This document shows positions 26,721-39,568 of a stretch of 64,000 nt of DNA, in pieces (position 1 is the first letter of the stretch; each line of letters starts with the position of its first letter). Location: the NCBI GenBank assembly GCA_024704765.1, contig JAKMXF010000355.1:68459-132458 (forward strand). Reading direction: 5' to 3'. Position numbers and translations under genes: made by a program. Source of the stretch: Oopsacas minuta (lineage: Eukaryota > Animalia > Porifera). The notes beneath the pieces are model-generated. The model was not told the origin of the DNA. It ran no database searches and worked only from the letters and a program-made list of their open reading frames with translations.

Positions 26721-29700
26721 GCATCTGTATAATTTGATCGAATTCTTTGTAGAACTTTGATCAAATTTTCTTATGGCGAACTTTGATCGAATGATGAAAA
26801 AGGAAAATTTTGATCAAAGTTCTACTAGAATGTCTTCAGTCGAACTTTGATCGAAAAATGAGAACTTTGATCGAAAAATGCGAACTTTGATCAAAAATGT
26901 AGAACTTTGATCGAAAATGTAGAACTTTTATCGAAAAATGTGGAACTTTGATCAAAATGAGTACTTGTATTTATCACATAAATATCACGAGTTATATAAT
27001 TTGGTTAACTAACATGAGATTTCTTTCTATCAATTCGGGAACTAGTATTTACGTGTAAAATATCTGTGGCAAAAATCAGCCCAATAGAAGTTACGTCACC
27101 AGAATTTATTAATTGAACGATTAATACGATCTAGTGTGTACTATTTTGACCTGAAATCATCACTTTGACCTCATTGTTAGATTATTCCGATCGCAAATTA
27201 AGTGTTAGATTCAATGCGTGTGTCCCATCTTTAACATCATTCCATAGGCTTTAGATGCTCAGCTATATATTTTGCAGTTTTTACTGTGCCAACTATACTT
27301 TAGTATGAGGCTCAGTATTGATCTCAGTGCTTATTTGTTTTGTATTTTTTGTCTCTTGTTTCCGTTTTCGTTCTCCAGGCCACACCGTTTACGATTAAGA
27401 GCTGAAAATTATCAAAGGGTTCAGTGTCAGTCTGTGCGACCTATAGATTTGTACCTTGGTATACTATTTTTGATCTGACATGATTTGGCACTTCTGTGCC
27501 AATTTAATTTACCATTGTGATTGTTTTAACTTCTAGAAAATTCCAATAGTTCTGATTTCTCAAACTTTATTTTCTTTGAATATTTTACTGTGGTATTTAG
27601 AATAATCTTATCAATAGTTTGCATCGTTTTACTAAAGTACTCTTCGATATTTCATACATCGCTCTTATTCATCTCAATCAATGGAATATAGTGTTATCGA
27701 AGTTAAAAAAATTGGTTCTGTTAACTATGAATGTCAAAGCTTTCGATATAATCAGTCCTCCTCGTCCTCAACATCCATTTATTTGAGGTGTGCCCTGTGG
27801 AGCTGCAAAGAAATTGAATGTCATGGTACAGGGCGAATTGATCTCACAACTAATCTTTCTCACCGAAAAAACTATCATAATCACACTGAAGCCTCCTACG
27901 GATCCAGTTTAATAGTTCTGAATAATAGAATCAAACGTGCTGCAGAATCGTCAACAGGAAATCTAAGGGAAATCTTTGATGATGTGACTTCCACGGATCA
28001 AGCAGGTGCATTAGTGAGTTATCGCAGTGTTCGAAATACGATGGTTAAAAGAAAAAGACTTGAATTACCAGGGAATCCTCTAAAGCCTGAACAATTTGAA
28101 GAAATGATCAAACAAACACAATTTGCAAACTTTTTCCGAACAATGATAATCTCATCAGAAGGCTTTGCAGCTTTATTCTGGTCTGATCTTATGTTTGAAT
28201 CTCTGAAAAATACTGATGCGATCAATTTTGATGCAACTTTTTTTGCCCCCAAATTATTTTGTCAGTTGCTTACTATTTTCTTACAAGAAGGTCATCATGC
28301 TTTGCCAGCCATACATATTTTAATGTCAAAAAAATCAGAATCTCTCTATGACGATGTTCTGCAAAAGGTAACAGAATTTATGCCTGATTTCAAACCAAAA
28401 TTAGCTGTAGGTGACTATGAAAGGGCTTCAAGAAATTCATTTCGCACAGTTTTCAATTCGATAGAAGTATCAGGATGCCTGTTTCATTTTTCGAGTGCTA
28501 TTTGGAAATGGGTAACAAAGCTACATCTCACTTCTTCGTATAGAAAGAACTCTGAGTTTAATGGATGGGTCAGGTCTGTTATGGTACTTCCCATGTTACC
28601 TAAAGAAGAAATTCTACCAGTCTATAGATTGTTATTTGGAGTTGCTCTACAAAATATGAATGATCATGAGATTATTAATCTTCAAAGGTTTAAGAATTAC
28701 ATAAAGAGAGAATGGATGAACAGAAATGATTTATCAATATCCCATTCTATTCAAACAACTAATAACTGTTCTGAAGTATATCATCGGGGTTTAAAGTCTC
28801 TCATCCGTGTAAAAAAGCCTAGCCTATGGGCATTTATGGAATGTCTCGAAAGACGCTGAAAAAATACGACCTTGAATACCAGAGAATGAAGAATGGCCTA
28901 GAAATTGGCGAGCGAAGTGCAAAGGATATAAATAATGAGAAAATTAGAAACAAATGTAGAGAAAAACTTCTAAGAAAAGTATGCACATCACTAGAATATA
29001 TTAAAGAAATTTCAAATACTATTGGTAATCCGCAATTTTGGACTTATTCGGGATCTACGGAATTTGAAGAAAGTATAGATGAAACTTCTGATAGTTCAAG
29101 CGATGAAGAATCAATGGCGAAGAATCCGTGTATCATTTGTTTGAACAGTAGAGATTTAACGTTTGTCTTCATACCTTGTGGACATGCTAATGTATGCGGA
29201 AATTGTGAACTGAATTTTACGCTAGGTGATAGATGTCCAGTTTGTCGTTCCATTATAATGAACAAGATGCAGATTTTCCAATAGCAAAGTCAATTCAACG
29301 TTTGACATGCCAGTTTAACTGAATATTAGAATTAGGTTAATGTGACAATATATTGTAGTTTAGTGATGGTATAATTTCTAAAGTTAGATAGCGAATATTA
29401 CTTTATAGTAACATTATCCAAATGCTATTAGAATGTAGAAGTAATATATGTGTCATATGTGTTCTATCCTAAGTTGTTTAATACTTCTTTCAGTGAAGAC
29501 TTATTACGTATAACACGTATTAATAGTTCAATCAATAATTTTTGGTGACGTAACTTCTATTGGGCTGATTTCTACCACAGATATTTTGTACATAAACGCT
29601 AGTTCCCGAATTGGTAAAAAGAAATCTCGTGTTAGTTAACCAAATTATATAACTCATGATATTTATGTGATAAATACAAGTACTCATTTTTCGATCAAAG

Positions 29701-29800
29701 TTCTACATTTTTGATCAAAGTTCTCATTTTTTGATCAAAGTTCGACAAAAGAAAATTTGATCAAAGTTCTACAAAGAAATCGATCAAAATAAATAGATGC
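26721..29800 (+). mobile_element. MULE/Mutator element, 3080 bp, long TIRs with internal repeat arrays
   Basis: Both ends begin GCATCT.T.TA.TTTGATCGA.TTCTTTGTAGAACTTTGATCAAATTTTC; inverted similarity covers 26721-27115 versus 29530-29800. Exact 8-bp TSD TTCTCTTC. Arrays of GAACTTTGATCGAAAAATG-like units (about 9 left, about 5 right). Confidence 0.92.
27681..29284 (+). pseudogene. MULE transposase with C-terminal C3HC4 RING finger, interrupted by one frameshift
   Basis: N-terminal FLYWCH-like W.C...C.G...H.H; DATFF, GCLFHF, TTNNCSEVYH. A 1-nt deletion at GAAAGACGCTG (about 28848) links it to an ORF ending CIICLNSR...FIPCGHANVCGNC...CPVCRSII (IAP/MDM2-like RING spacing). Confidence 0.85.
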
Positions 29801-29829
29801 TTCTCTTCAATTGCGCATGTTTTTGTGAA

Positions 29830-30730
29830 TACCTTTGTAATTTTTGCAAATTTTATGCAAATATTATCAGAGATTTCATATATGACTCTTGGAATTCTTT
29901 AAGTATCTGTCATGTGTTACATTTTTGCTGTTTAGGTAAGTGGTTGGGCCATTGGTATTCAAGCTATTAGAAATCTAAGGAATCAGTCTGGTAACCTCAC
30001 AATATCAATATATGGCTACGCCAACCTATACTTCCCTATTTTCACACCTGCTTATAATCTCTTGAAAATGCTCCCAATAGGTGGAAAATATATGTCCTGA
30101 AGAATAATAATAGGTTGGTTGAGCATTGTATGAGATAATGCGACATAAGGGTTACCTAATTGCAACATTAAGTCACTGATATGACAATATTCTAATCCTG
30201 GCTGGCATTTTGGTATAAGTGTTGGGAAGCTGCAAATTAAGACCGATATAAGACGGGTATCTAGCAACTTACAAGGCCAAACATTTTTATTAAACCTAGA
30301 GTATATGAATTGAAACTGTTAATCTATAATCCAGATGTATGACGCCATAATGCATTTGCATTATTTAACACACATTTATATCGGTATATATTGGAAAATA
30401 CTCAACAATCTATAAGCGATAATCAGGATATATATTTGCCAAAGATTAGAAGATTTCATAGAATTAAAACGCAAGTGTGAAAATTGGGCAGTTTTTCTTA
30501 GCGTAGCCCTATTGTGAGTGTGAGGTCACTTGGCTGATAGCTTAGATATTCTAATAGCTAGAATACCAATAGTCCAATCACTTGCTTACAAAGCAAAAGT
30601 GAAGCAAATGACAAATACCTGTAGAACGAATTGCATTGAACACAAATATGCAATATAAATATCGAATTCCAAGAGACATATAAGAATTCTCCAATAAAAT
30701 AACAAGAGCAAAGATTACATTGAAAGTTTC
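29830..30730. mobile_element. Old non-autonomous foldback element with diverged inverted repeats of about 200 bp
   Basis: 29860-30025 matches the reverse complement of 30500-30690 (e.g. TATATG.CTCTTGGAATTC, ATTGGTATTC.AGCTATTAGAA). Termini and TSD not resolved. Confidence 0.6.
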
Positions 30731-32251
30731 TCAGAAACGAGAGTTCGGGAAGTTACAATGTACATAATTCAGAATTCGCATAGTCGATAGTACAAATAGC
30801 AATATTTGTTGATCAGTAAGCAAAAACCTGTCTAACATTTGTAACCAGTGCAATCAGCCCTTAACGTTAATTATGAATACTAATTAATTAAAGGTATTAT
30901 TAATATCCAAGTTGGCCGGATTGGTTAATCGAAATGGTTAAAGGGTAGTCGACCGATACGGCTGAGGTGTTACATTAGTAACAAAAAGGGAAACAAAAAA
31001 TTTACCACTTCGTTAACCGATTCACGAACCCCAATCGATAATTTAGCACGTTTTTTACGTCATAAAAATCGGATTGTCCTGGAAGTATTCAGTTAAACTA
31101 GATTCAATAAAAGTGACTAACTGGTTAACCAATAATGATATGTATCCAACAAATGGATTTAATGTCGAGATTCCGATTCCCAATATGTTGAATCACATAA
31201 AATCTGACCAAAATAAGTCGTTTTTTTCGTTTTGCATAACGTTTGGTACATCTCAAATGTGTAGGACCAATGAATAAATAGATAGAAACAACGCTATTCG
31301 GTTAACCGAATATATTTTATCATGGCAGTTACAAGGATATTATGGCGGTTAACCGAAACCAGATATCATATAATTATCACTGTATTGGGACACCCTTCAA
31401 GCGAACACTACAAAGTAGAACTCGGACAAGATCTAAACTCAGTTAATACCTACTTTTGTCGAAAATAGACTATCCATTTTGTTTTAATTGTATAGGGAAA
31501 ATATTCGGATAGGACGTACTTCGGATAGAACATACGAATTTTTGGTTCCCGAAGGGTACGTCATAACCGAGTTTTACTGGATAACGAATTCACGGCTATT
31601 ACGAATAAAAGTAAACCGTCCCATTTGATTTTTATTTGATGAAGATATCAAATCATGCATATCAGAAATACAGAACACGACAAAGTGAAATCACAGTTAT
31701 AACGAAATATGCGACAAAGTCAATTTTGTTTAAGAACAGAGGCATAGCAAGCATTTCCTAATTGGGGTTGCTAGCAACCCCTTAATAACAAGGAGATTGC
31801 TTTAAATCCTGGTGGGGATTCCGGGGCTAAAGAAAAGTGTGGTTATCAATGATCTGTCCCTAAACCGATGTCGTTAAATCCGAAGTTTACTTACATTAGG
31901 TTACACAGTGGATTAAAAAGCCTCTGGTAAACCATAGGTACTGGGTGTATCACAGCAATAATGTATTATTTGGGCATGGGTGATTATCAATAAAATTTCA
32001 GAAACTGATATAACTTCTTGTTGTATAATTTTGATTAGGGGGTCAGTGGAATACTAAAGAATATCGAATGCCATAATCGTCTGAACAAATTCTTTGAACA
32101 ATTAAGTGTAGTGTACACTTAATTGTTCAAAGGTAAACTCAATTACGATCTCACTTCAATATATAAGTCTTTGTAAATGTTCGAACTACCTTGTCTATGA
32201 TTCTTACAACAATCGAACCTCACTAGAGTGTACAGAAATGGGGCAGAAATA

Positions 32252-33565
32252 ACGGGTGAGCACTAAAAAATTAGACAAATTTCATCCTGTTTGAGCATGT
32301 ATCAATTATCAACAGAGTATTGTATAATTCGATCAAATTTGTTTAATTACATTTTATTTTAGCTAGAACTCAATGGATCGCTGCTAATGGGCCATTGTCT
32401 GTAGATTTTCGGATATTCGTCTTTACACTTGATAATAAATAGCCTTTGGACAATTGAAAATTCCACTTGCCTGATTGATTTCTGAATCCTTTGCTTCAAC
32501 ATTCTGAAGGATTTAGCTTCCCACCCACCTTCATAAACTTGGATTTCAAATAACCTCAGAAATCCTCAATTAGCCTTAATTGAGGTGTATTGGGAGGGTT
32601 AGCAGATTTTGGAAAATATGGGATATTTAGATCTTCAAGAAGTTTAAGCGTATCTTTCGCATAATGGCTACTTGCTAGATCAGGCCAGAAGTAATATTCG
32701 CCCTCATCATGAAAATATTCCAAGAAAGGAATTAGATACTTTTTTATGCATTGATTTCGGTAAATTTCGCCAGTTCTGAAAGATTCCGAGGACAAACGTA
32801 TGGCTCCGATATGCCTTCCTTCGAAATTGCTAACCAAATTAAAAGTTTAGGTGGGTACTTGGATTTTCGAATATAACTGATTCAATGATTCATAGACTTG
32901 GCTAAGAGAGATCCTGAAATATAATAACCCTTATTGACATTGATATTGTCATCCTTTAGTCCGAAATACGATTCGTCATCCATTACAATTTGAGTTGTGC
33001 CTGATGGGGGAAGAAGTTTCTCCGTAATTTTAGACACCCGGACTTAGCCCTCAATTCTTGTTCAGGTTAGCTATCTGGGACTCGCTTACGTTTACGATAT
33101 GTAACATCATTCTCTTTGATAATCTTACGAACATATGATTGAGAGATATCGAATTTTCGAGCCATTTTTCTGGTGGAGACTCCTATTTTATTGCTAATTT
33201 TATACAATAGAGATCGCCGGAGCCTCTTGGGCATTTTGACAGACTTGCGACCGCTACCCAACTTCCTGTTTAGGGTTCCTCTATTCTTGATAGTAGATCT
33301 TGCGATTCCAAACGCCAAAAAATGCTTAACTGTATAAGAAATCCCATGCTCACAATTTTTACGAAAAAATTGTCCAATAATGTGTCGCCGTTGTGTCACT
33401 TTCAAATGATCCATCTCCAGATGCTATGTTCTAAAATAGTCGAAATTGGATTGAATTTGAAATCTATATACAAATATGCATTGGTGAACAAAGATTTATG
33501 AAATTGGAAATATCTCGTTGTTATGGTGAACTATAAAATATGTCTAAAATTTAGTGCTCACCCGT
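32252..33565 (-). mobile_element. Tc1-like DD37E element, full length 1314 bp, transposase inactivated
   Basis: TIR ACGGGTGAGCACTAAA...TTAGACA at both ends; TA at 32250-32251 and 33566-33567. Motifs IVMDDESYFG, FWPDLASSHYA and NPPNTPQLRLIEDF; 37 residues between the second D and the E, counted in one uninterrupted frame. Confidence 0.9.
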
Positions 33566-34167
33566 TAGTTTTAACTATATCGAGGTGTTCATTAACTAGG
33601 AATTTCTAAAATGATTGAGATAAATTTGAGATGAAGATTAGAGTTCATAAATCCAATGTTCACAAACAAAGTTTTCACTGTATACTATTTGTTAATTAAG
33701 CTTAGAATTCAGTATAATAATTCATGTAATTGAAAAAGCACATTATTTGTTGTTCAGGGGCATCACGGAAGGATTTACAAGTGAGCAAATTAGAAGGGTC
33801 AGATTGCATAAATGAAATCAGTATATTTCATTGTCTATATACTTAACTGTATTGTTACACTTTTAATATGCAATACATTTACTCAATGAAGAAATAATCA
33901 ATTTTGATTTTTGATTGATTGATTTTTTGTGAATCAAAGTCATTTTATTATAGATTTCACAACGCTACAAAAATCAAGGATATATGTCAAGCCCTGTAAC
34001 TAAAAGAAGATTATCACCTTGTTTAGACCGGAGAACTAAAATTCATTTCTTCATTTCATTCATATTAGAGCTAGAGTCCATATTTAGTAAGTTTGTCGAA
34101 TTGGAAGGGTGATTATATAATTATAACAAATCATAGAGATCTAGGAAGATTCTAGAAATTAAGTTAT

Positions 34168-34498
34168 AGATTCGAAACTCTCTTATCCGAACAGTGCCGG
34201 ACCGGAAGGTGCCCCAAAGTCAGAACTTCTCCAGAATTCAGAAATCAAATGAACTCTATGGTAGATCCAATTATAGGATATAGTATGAAGTTCCTGATGC
34301 ATTTGAAATGATAAACCTAAAGGTATCAAATGTTTTTTGGTTTCAAAGAAACATTTTGGATATGAAGTACAAGTAAAGTCAGCTTTATAAAGAAAATTTA
34401 CTAAAAAATGGTGAGATATAATTCAATCATTTTGGAAATTGGTCCCCAGTTGAGGGAAGTACAGTATCTCAGAGGCCTGGATAAGAGAGGTTCGAGTG
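34168..34498. mobile_element. pogo/Tigger-like MITE, about 330 bp
   Basis: Ends ..TCGAAACTCTCTTATCC / GGATAAGAGAGGTTCGAGTG with TA flanks; the left terminus is degenerate. Confidence 0.55.
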
Positions 34499-35689
34499 TA
34501 AAAACAAAATGTAACAAATTGACATTAATACTTCATAGGTGATAGGTGAATCCATAAACTATGTGGGGTGATCGGATGTCATCCTGCTTGTACAGGGCAT
34601 TCTCTATTATAATAAGTATAAATGATCAATTATTGAGATTGATTATTATGCTATCTGTAACGCAAAGGTCTTCTCATTTTGAAGTAAGTATATAGACTCG
34701 TTCATTGCTTTAGCTATTAGCCATAGATTAGGACATAGCCTTCGCTATAAAAGGCCTACCATCAGATGCGCCAAGATATAGAAAGGTATGGTAAATATTA
34801 CATTAGTATACAAAATGTGTTCAAATGACAATAACAGTACTTGTATAACGTACGAAAAGATCTAAAGATGCTATTGTAAAACATGAAAAATTGTCATAAT
34901 AATGTTGGCAAGTTCTTGAATTAAAGTAGTGACCATGGATGGTAGGTAGAAATATCAATAAATAAGTCGAAAACCCACAAAGACATAACAAATCTCAACT
35001 TTGTGGAATCATGATCTGGCAATAATGTTCGATTCCCTCTATTATCCAGAAAATTCCCTCGGAAGAAATTCCTAATAGTGGTTTTCACTAGAAAATTGTA
35101 TTTCCTCGATACTGTTTAAAATATATCTTCCTGTATAATTCACATCTAGAATTAACACATTCTCCATCACATAAATCTGAGTCGTCCCTCTCTAATCAAT
35201 GCTGCATAAATCGATTTGAAACATTTATTAACAAAAAGGTGAGTATTAGACTTCTTGCTCCTAAACGCAACATACTTGTCAAGATGAATACCAGTACCCT
35301 CATTAATTGGAGTTGGCAGCCATTTAGCGTTCAATTTGGATGTGTGATGAGTGATGAAGACGCGAAAGAAGCTTCAAAAATTTCTAGATTCATAGACGCC
35401 AGGTTGGGCTACCTGGGAAGATTTGGCTAACAAGGTTTTGACGCTGAGACCGTATTGATTCGAAATTTACAAAGAAGCAACAATAATTTCGTATGGTGGA
35501 CCCACAAGTTTGGAAACCGATTAGTGTGTATCTCTACCGCAACTTCCAAATTTTCTTGGGATTTTTTACATATTTATTACAAATATAGCCTCAAGATGAA
35601 TACCACGATATTTGAAAAAGTTAGAAATGCCAAGTGATAATCTATACTGATATATATATATGTATGTTCCGAATTGATTGAAGAAACTA

Positions 35690-36469
35690 GAAGACTCCTA
35701 GTGCTGATGTTTAGCATACAGGAGTATTTGGGGCCTGGCTTGAACAAGTTTGAGTCATAGACACAATTCACTACTATGACAAAATATCTTGACTTCATCG
35801 CTTTAAACAATTGCGAACTCACTATGAAATGTTACGCCATCATTATTATAATAAATTGAACTTTTCCAAATTTTAGAACTTCCTAATACAGGAGGAAAGA
35901 AGGTCTGGCTTACAAGCAAATCGGGGTACTATCTATTATTAAAACGTAATAAATATATCCCTATCTATGTTATATGTTCGCAATTGACGAAAATTCACAC
36001 CTATGCTGAAATTTTGACATCATATCCACGTTTATGAATTTTCGATAAAACACATTATTAACCACTGCTCTGCCAATATACAAATCGAAGTTGGAAATTT
36101 GAAGCAACGAGTACTCATCAATGTGTCAAATGTCCTGACGTTATGATTTTGGTTCAATACTAACCCATCATGACTGTACAATATATTAACGCTTCCCCTA
36201 TTTTGATATTTTAGATTTTTTCATATTACTGCTCGTAGAAGCACATATACCAGATTACTAACAAAAAGACAATTATCACCTCGGGTATAATCGCAGAAGG
36301 CAATTAAATCGAATTTGAATTGACGATGGATAATAAAAAAGTATAATTTCTGCTATTTCATAAACTCGAGGAGCGAAGTGCCGAGTACCCCAAAATTAGC
36401 AGTTAAATACTTGAGCTACCCTGAGAGACTAAACTGTCTGTAGCGACCAAGCAAGCGAGGCGCGCTAGT
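35690..36469 (+). repeat. Second copy of the GCGCTAG|T-ending repeat family
   Basis: Shares both the GAAGAAACT.GAAGAC.CC.AGT.CTGAT block and the 3' end with 4290-4950. Confidence 0.55.
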
Positions 36470-38183
36470 AAATTGTTGAATTAAGGTGGTCTAGTAACAT
36501 ACATCATGGTAAATCCTAGAAATTTATCCCTTTCTGGTGGGATAATATGTAATTTCTATAAACTGAGAAGTCAGTATATTTTTGCAAAGACATGCATGGG
36601 ACGGTTTGTTATAATCCACAGAGTCCAAGTGTATAGAAATTCCATTATCGCCATCCGAACGAGATAAATTCTGCAGTTAGCCATGATGTGTAGTTACTAG
36701 ACTACCGAAAATTAACAATAAACTATCACATAACATAATACCTCTGGTAAATAGCGTGATATCGATCTTGACGAAAAATCATGCATGTATTCTCAAAAAA
36801 AAGATACGATCACATAAATGATTTGTAAGAAATATGTGAAAGTTACAAGAAAATAAAATGGAAACGGTAGATGATCAATATAATATTCACTAATACTAGG
36901 GCCTCTGAGAGAATCAGAGAGGCCTAGGCCACTGCTAGAATTTAGGCTACAATTACAATGACTGAAACCATGAGAAGAAGTGACAAATATTATACGGTAT
37001 AGGAGTGTAATTATGGGAATAACGAGCTGTATTAGATAAATGGATAAGACGTACCCCTTTGGCATAGGCGTGGACAAGCCTGGACATACCTGGGTTAAAT
37101 TTCTCCTCTGGTTAATAATTTGGTTCAATATTTAATCTTAGTGGAAATCCAGTTTTAATCTTTTCATGTATATATTTGATTACTACTGTAAAAGAAATGA
37201 TTCCACGCAGATTTATTGTATTAATTACCATAGAGTTTGGGCATACCGTATTATTTTAGCATTTGTTTGACACAGTATTTTTGTATATCTAGTTTGGTAT
37301 TCTCCAATGAAATTACAATTAGTGCTTCTGGGGATAATGGTAGTGAAAAATTGAGGAGAGAAATCGAAGATTCTTCAACTTCAACTTTGACTTCGGCTTC
37401 GGTTTGTAGTTCCAAAGTCGCAGAATACGAAATATCTAGCTCCACTTGCACGGTGCTAGAAAAGATCATCCCTCTAGTCCATTAGCTACTTTATACGGGG
37501 CAGGTATAGCAAGAAGAAAAGATGAACCAATAATATAACCAATTCTTCAATACACGACGATTAATTTTGATATAAATAGTCGTTCATTCCCAAGTAGATA
37601 CACAGAATATAAACTGTAGAGTACTCCCGGAAAGAGAAGCTCCCTTTTGCTATCCTTGTCGATATTTATCGACTTAAACTGAAATAGCATTCACGAAAGT
37701 GGATTTCAGAGACTGGAAGCACACTTACGGTAGGGATAGTATTCTCAATATTCAAGAAATTGTTTAACAGTTCTTCAAAACTTTCAGACTTGCGCTAACA
37801 GAATCACAGTATTTTGGAAATGCTCCAATCGCAATCCAAGCTACCAATTGATATATTCTTGGAGATGAGATGTGAAGCCAATGGGAAGGGGAAAAAACCT
37901 TTGCACAGCAGAATATCATTGATAGTGAATATGAAAGTCGAAATCGCCCGTTAATCTCCCAGATAGTGTTAGAACTATTAAGGGTCCGGGAAATAGGTTA
38001 AGTTCTCTTAATGATTACAAAATTAATGTGTACTATAAATGTGTGGATGCTATAATGTAAGAAATGAGGAAAAGGTTTTAGAACTATAAAATTGGAACAA
38101 TTAAGATGGAAATCAGACATCTCGCAACACGACATTTCGCAACTTATTTCATTAGTCAATTAGTCTCGGCGGAGATGTAGTGT

Positions 38184-38184
<1 letters not shown>

Positions 38185-38221
<37 letters not shown>
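38185..38221. repeat. (AC)18 microsatellite
   Basis: Perfect dinucleotide run. Confidence 0.98.
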
Positions 38222-38223
<2 letters not shown>

Positions 38224-39568
38224 TAAATGTCTATTTATCCCAGGATAAAGAGACAAAATTGTCTATTTATCAAATTTTCAAAATGGGCAGTTTGAATTGT
38301 TGAGTAGTAAGCGCAGTATTTCCCGCAAAACGCGTTAAATGACGCTTCAAGTTTTCTCTGATCAATATAAAAGTATTTTAAAGTCCATAATTAATTATCT
38401 GCGTCAAAGTGGGATTATTAATTATAAGTTATAATTAATAACTTTTATGATATTAGTATTATTTTTGACTCTATTGGTATGAATTTAGCAAGGAATATAC
38501 ATGTATGCGGCGTCTACGGTGCTAAATTAGAATTTCAAGAATGTCAGTGAGAGTATTTTGAAAAAGGTAATGGTCAAATTTATGATTACTAATATGATAT
38601 GTCGGTCAACGCCAACACTTTTCGAATGCCCTTCGTACAAGTGGTGATTATTCTAAGATTGGAATGTATTATAAACTTAGATTCTAAAATGATGTTACAA
38701 CAATAATCCTTTTGTATCCTATTGTTTTGCGAATTGTTGACTTCCCATTTATATGTATAGGTATATTCTATTAGTTTTCAAATTTTCCACTTACAGAACG
38801 CAAAAGTTATAAACGAAAATGTTATTTTCAGAGCCACTCGAATCTAAAAATATTTAAATATCTTTTGAGCCTACGCTGTAGCGTCTTCATGTCTTCCGTT
38901 TGCGCTAAAAACACAAACCTGAATACGTAGAGCAATGTGAAAACTCTAACCTGGGAACGGGAAATTGGCTCGAAATATACAGTCCCGAATTCCCCAGTTA
39001 GCAAGGTTCCACTGAGTAGTGGATAATTATATAATAATTTCATTGATGTACAGTTGGATTTAGGTTATTGTCACATCGTATTTTTCAATCGGACAAAACC
39101 ACGAATTCGACTGTATTCTACATACTCAAGTTACTATTTTACAATGCATTCCGTTCATTTATTGCCGAGCAAGAACAACTTATCAATTGAGCCCCAAGTG
39201 TCTTAAAAGGTCCTTTTCTTGAACATCGGATCAACTCATGGGTTCATCATCAAATTAATTACACATAATTTGTTCCACTAAATATCTACTGTTATATTAT
39301 TAGTGCAACCCGGCGCTGTTAAATGCCACTATGCCACATGTGGTACAAATTGAAATGGCTCTCTTCAGCAAGTAATTACCGGAATGCTTCAAAATGAACA
39401 ATAATGTATGTATTCAGCTTATAGTGGTTACATTATATACGATTACACGACATATGGAAATCTCATTGCAACTACTTTGATCTAATTTAGGCTCAGCTTG
39501 TATTGTGATCATTATTTCGATTTTATATTTATATAATTCCAATAGTATGGCCGATATACATTCGACTG

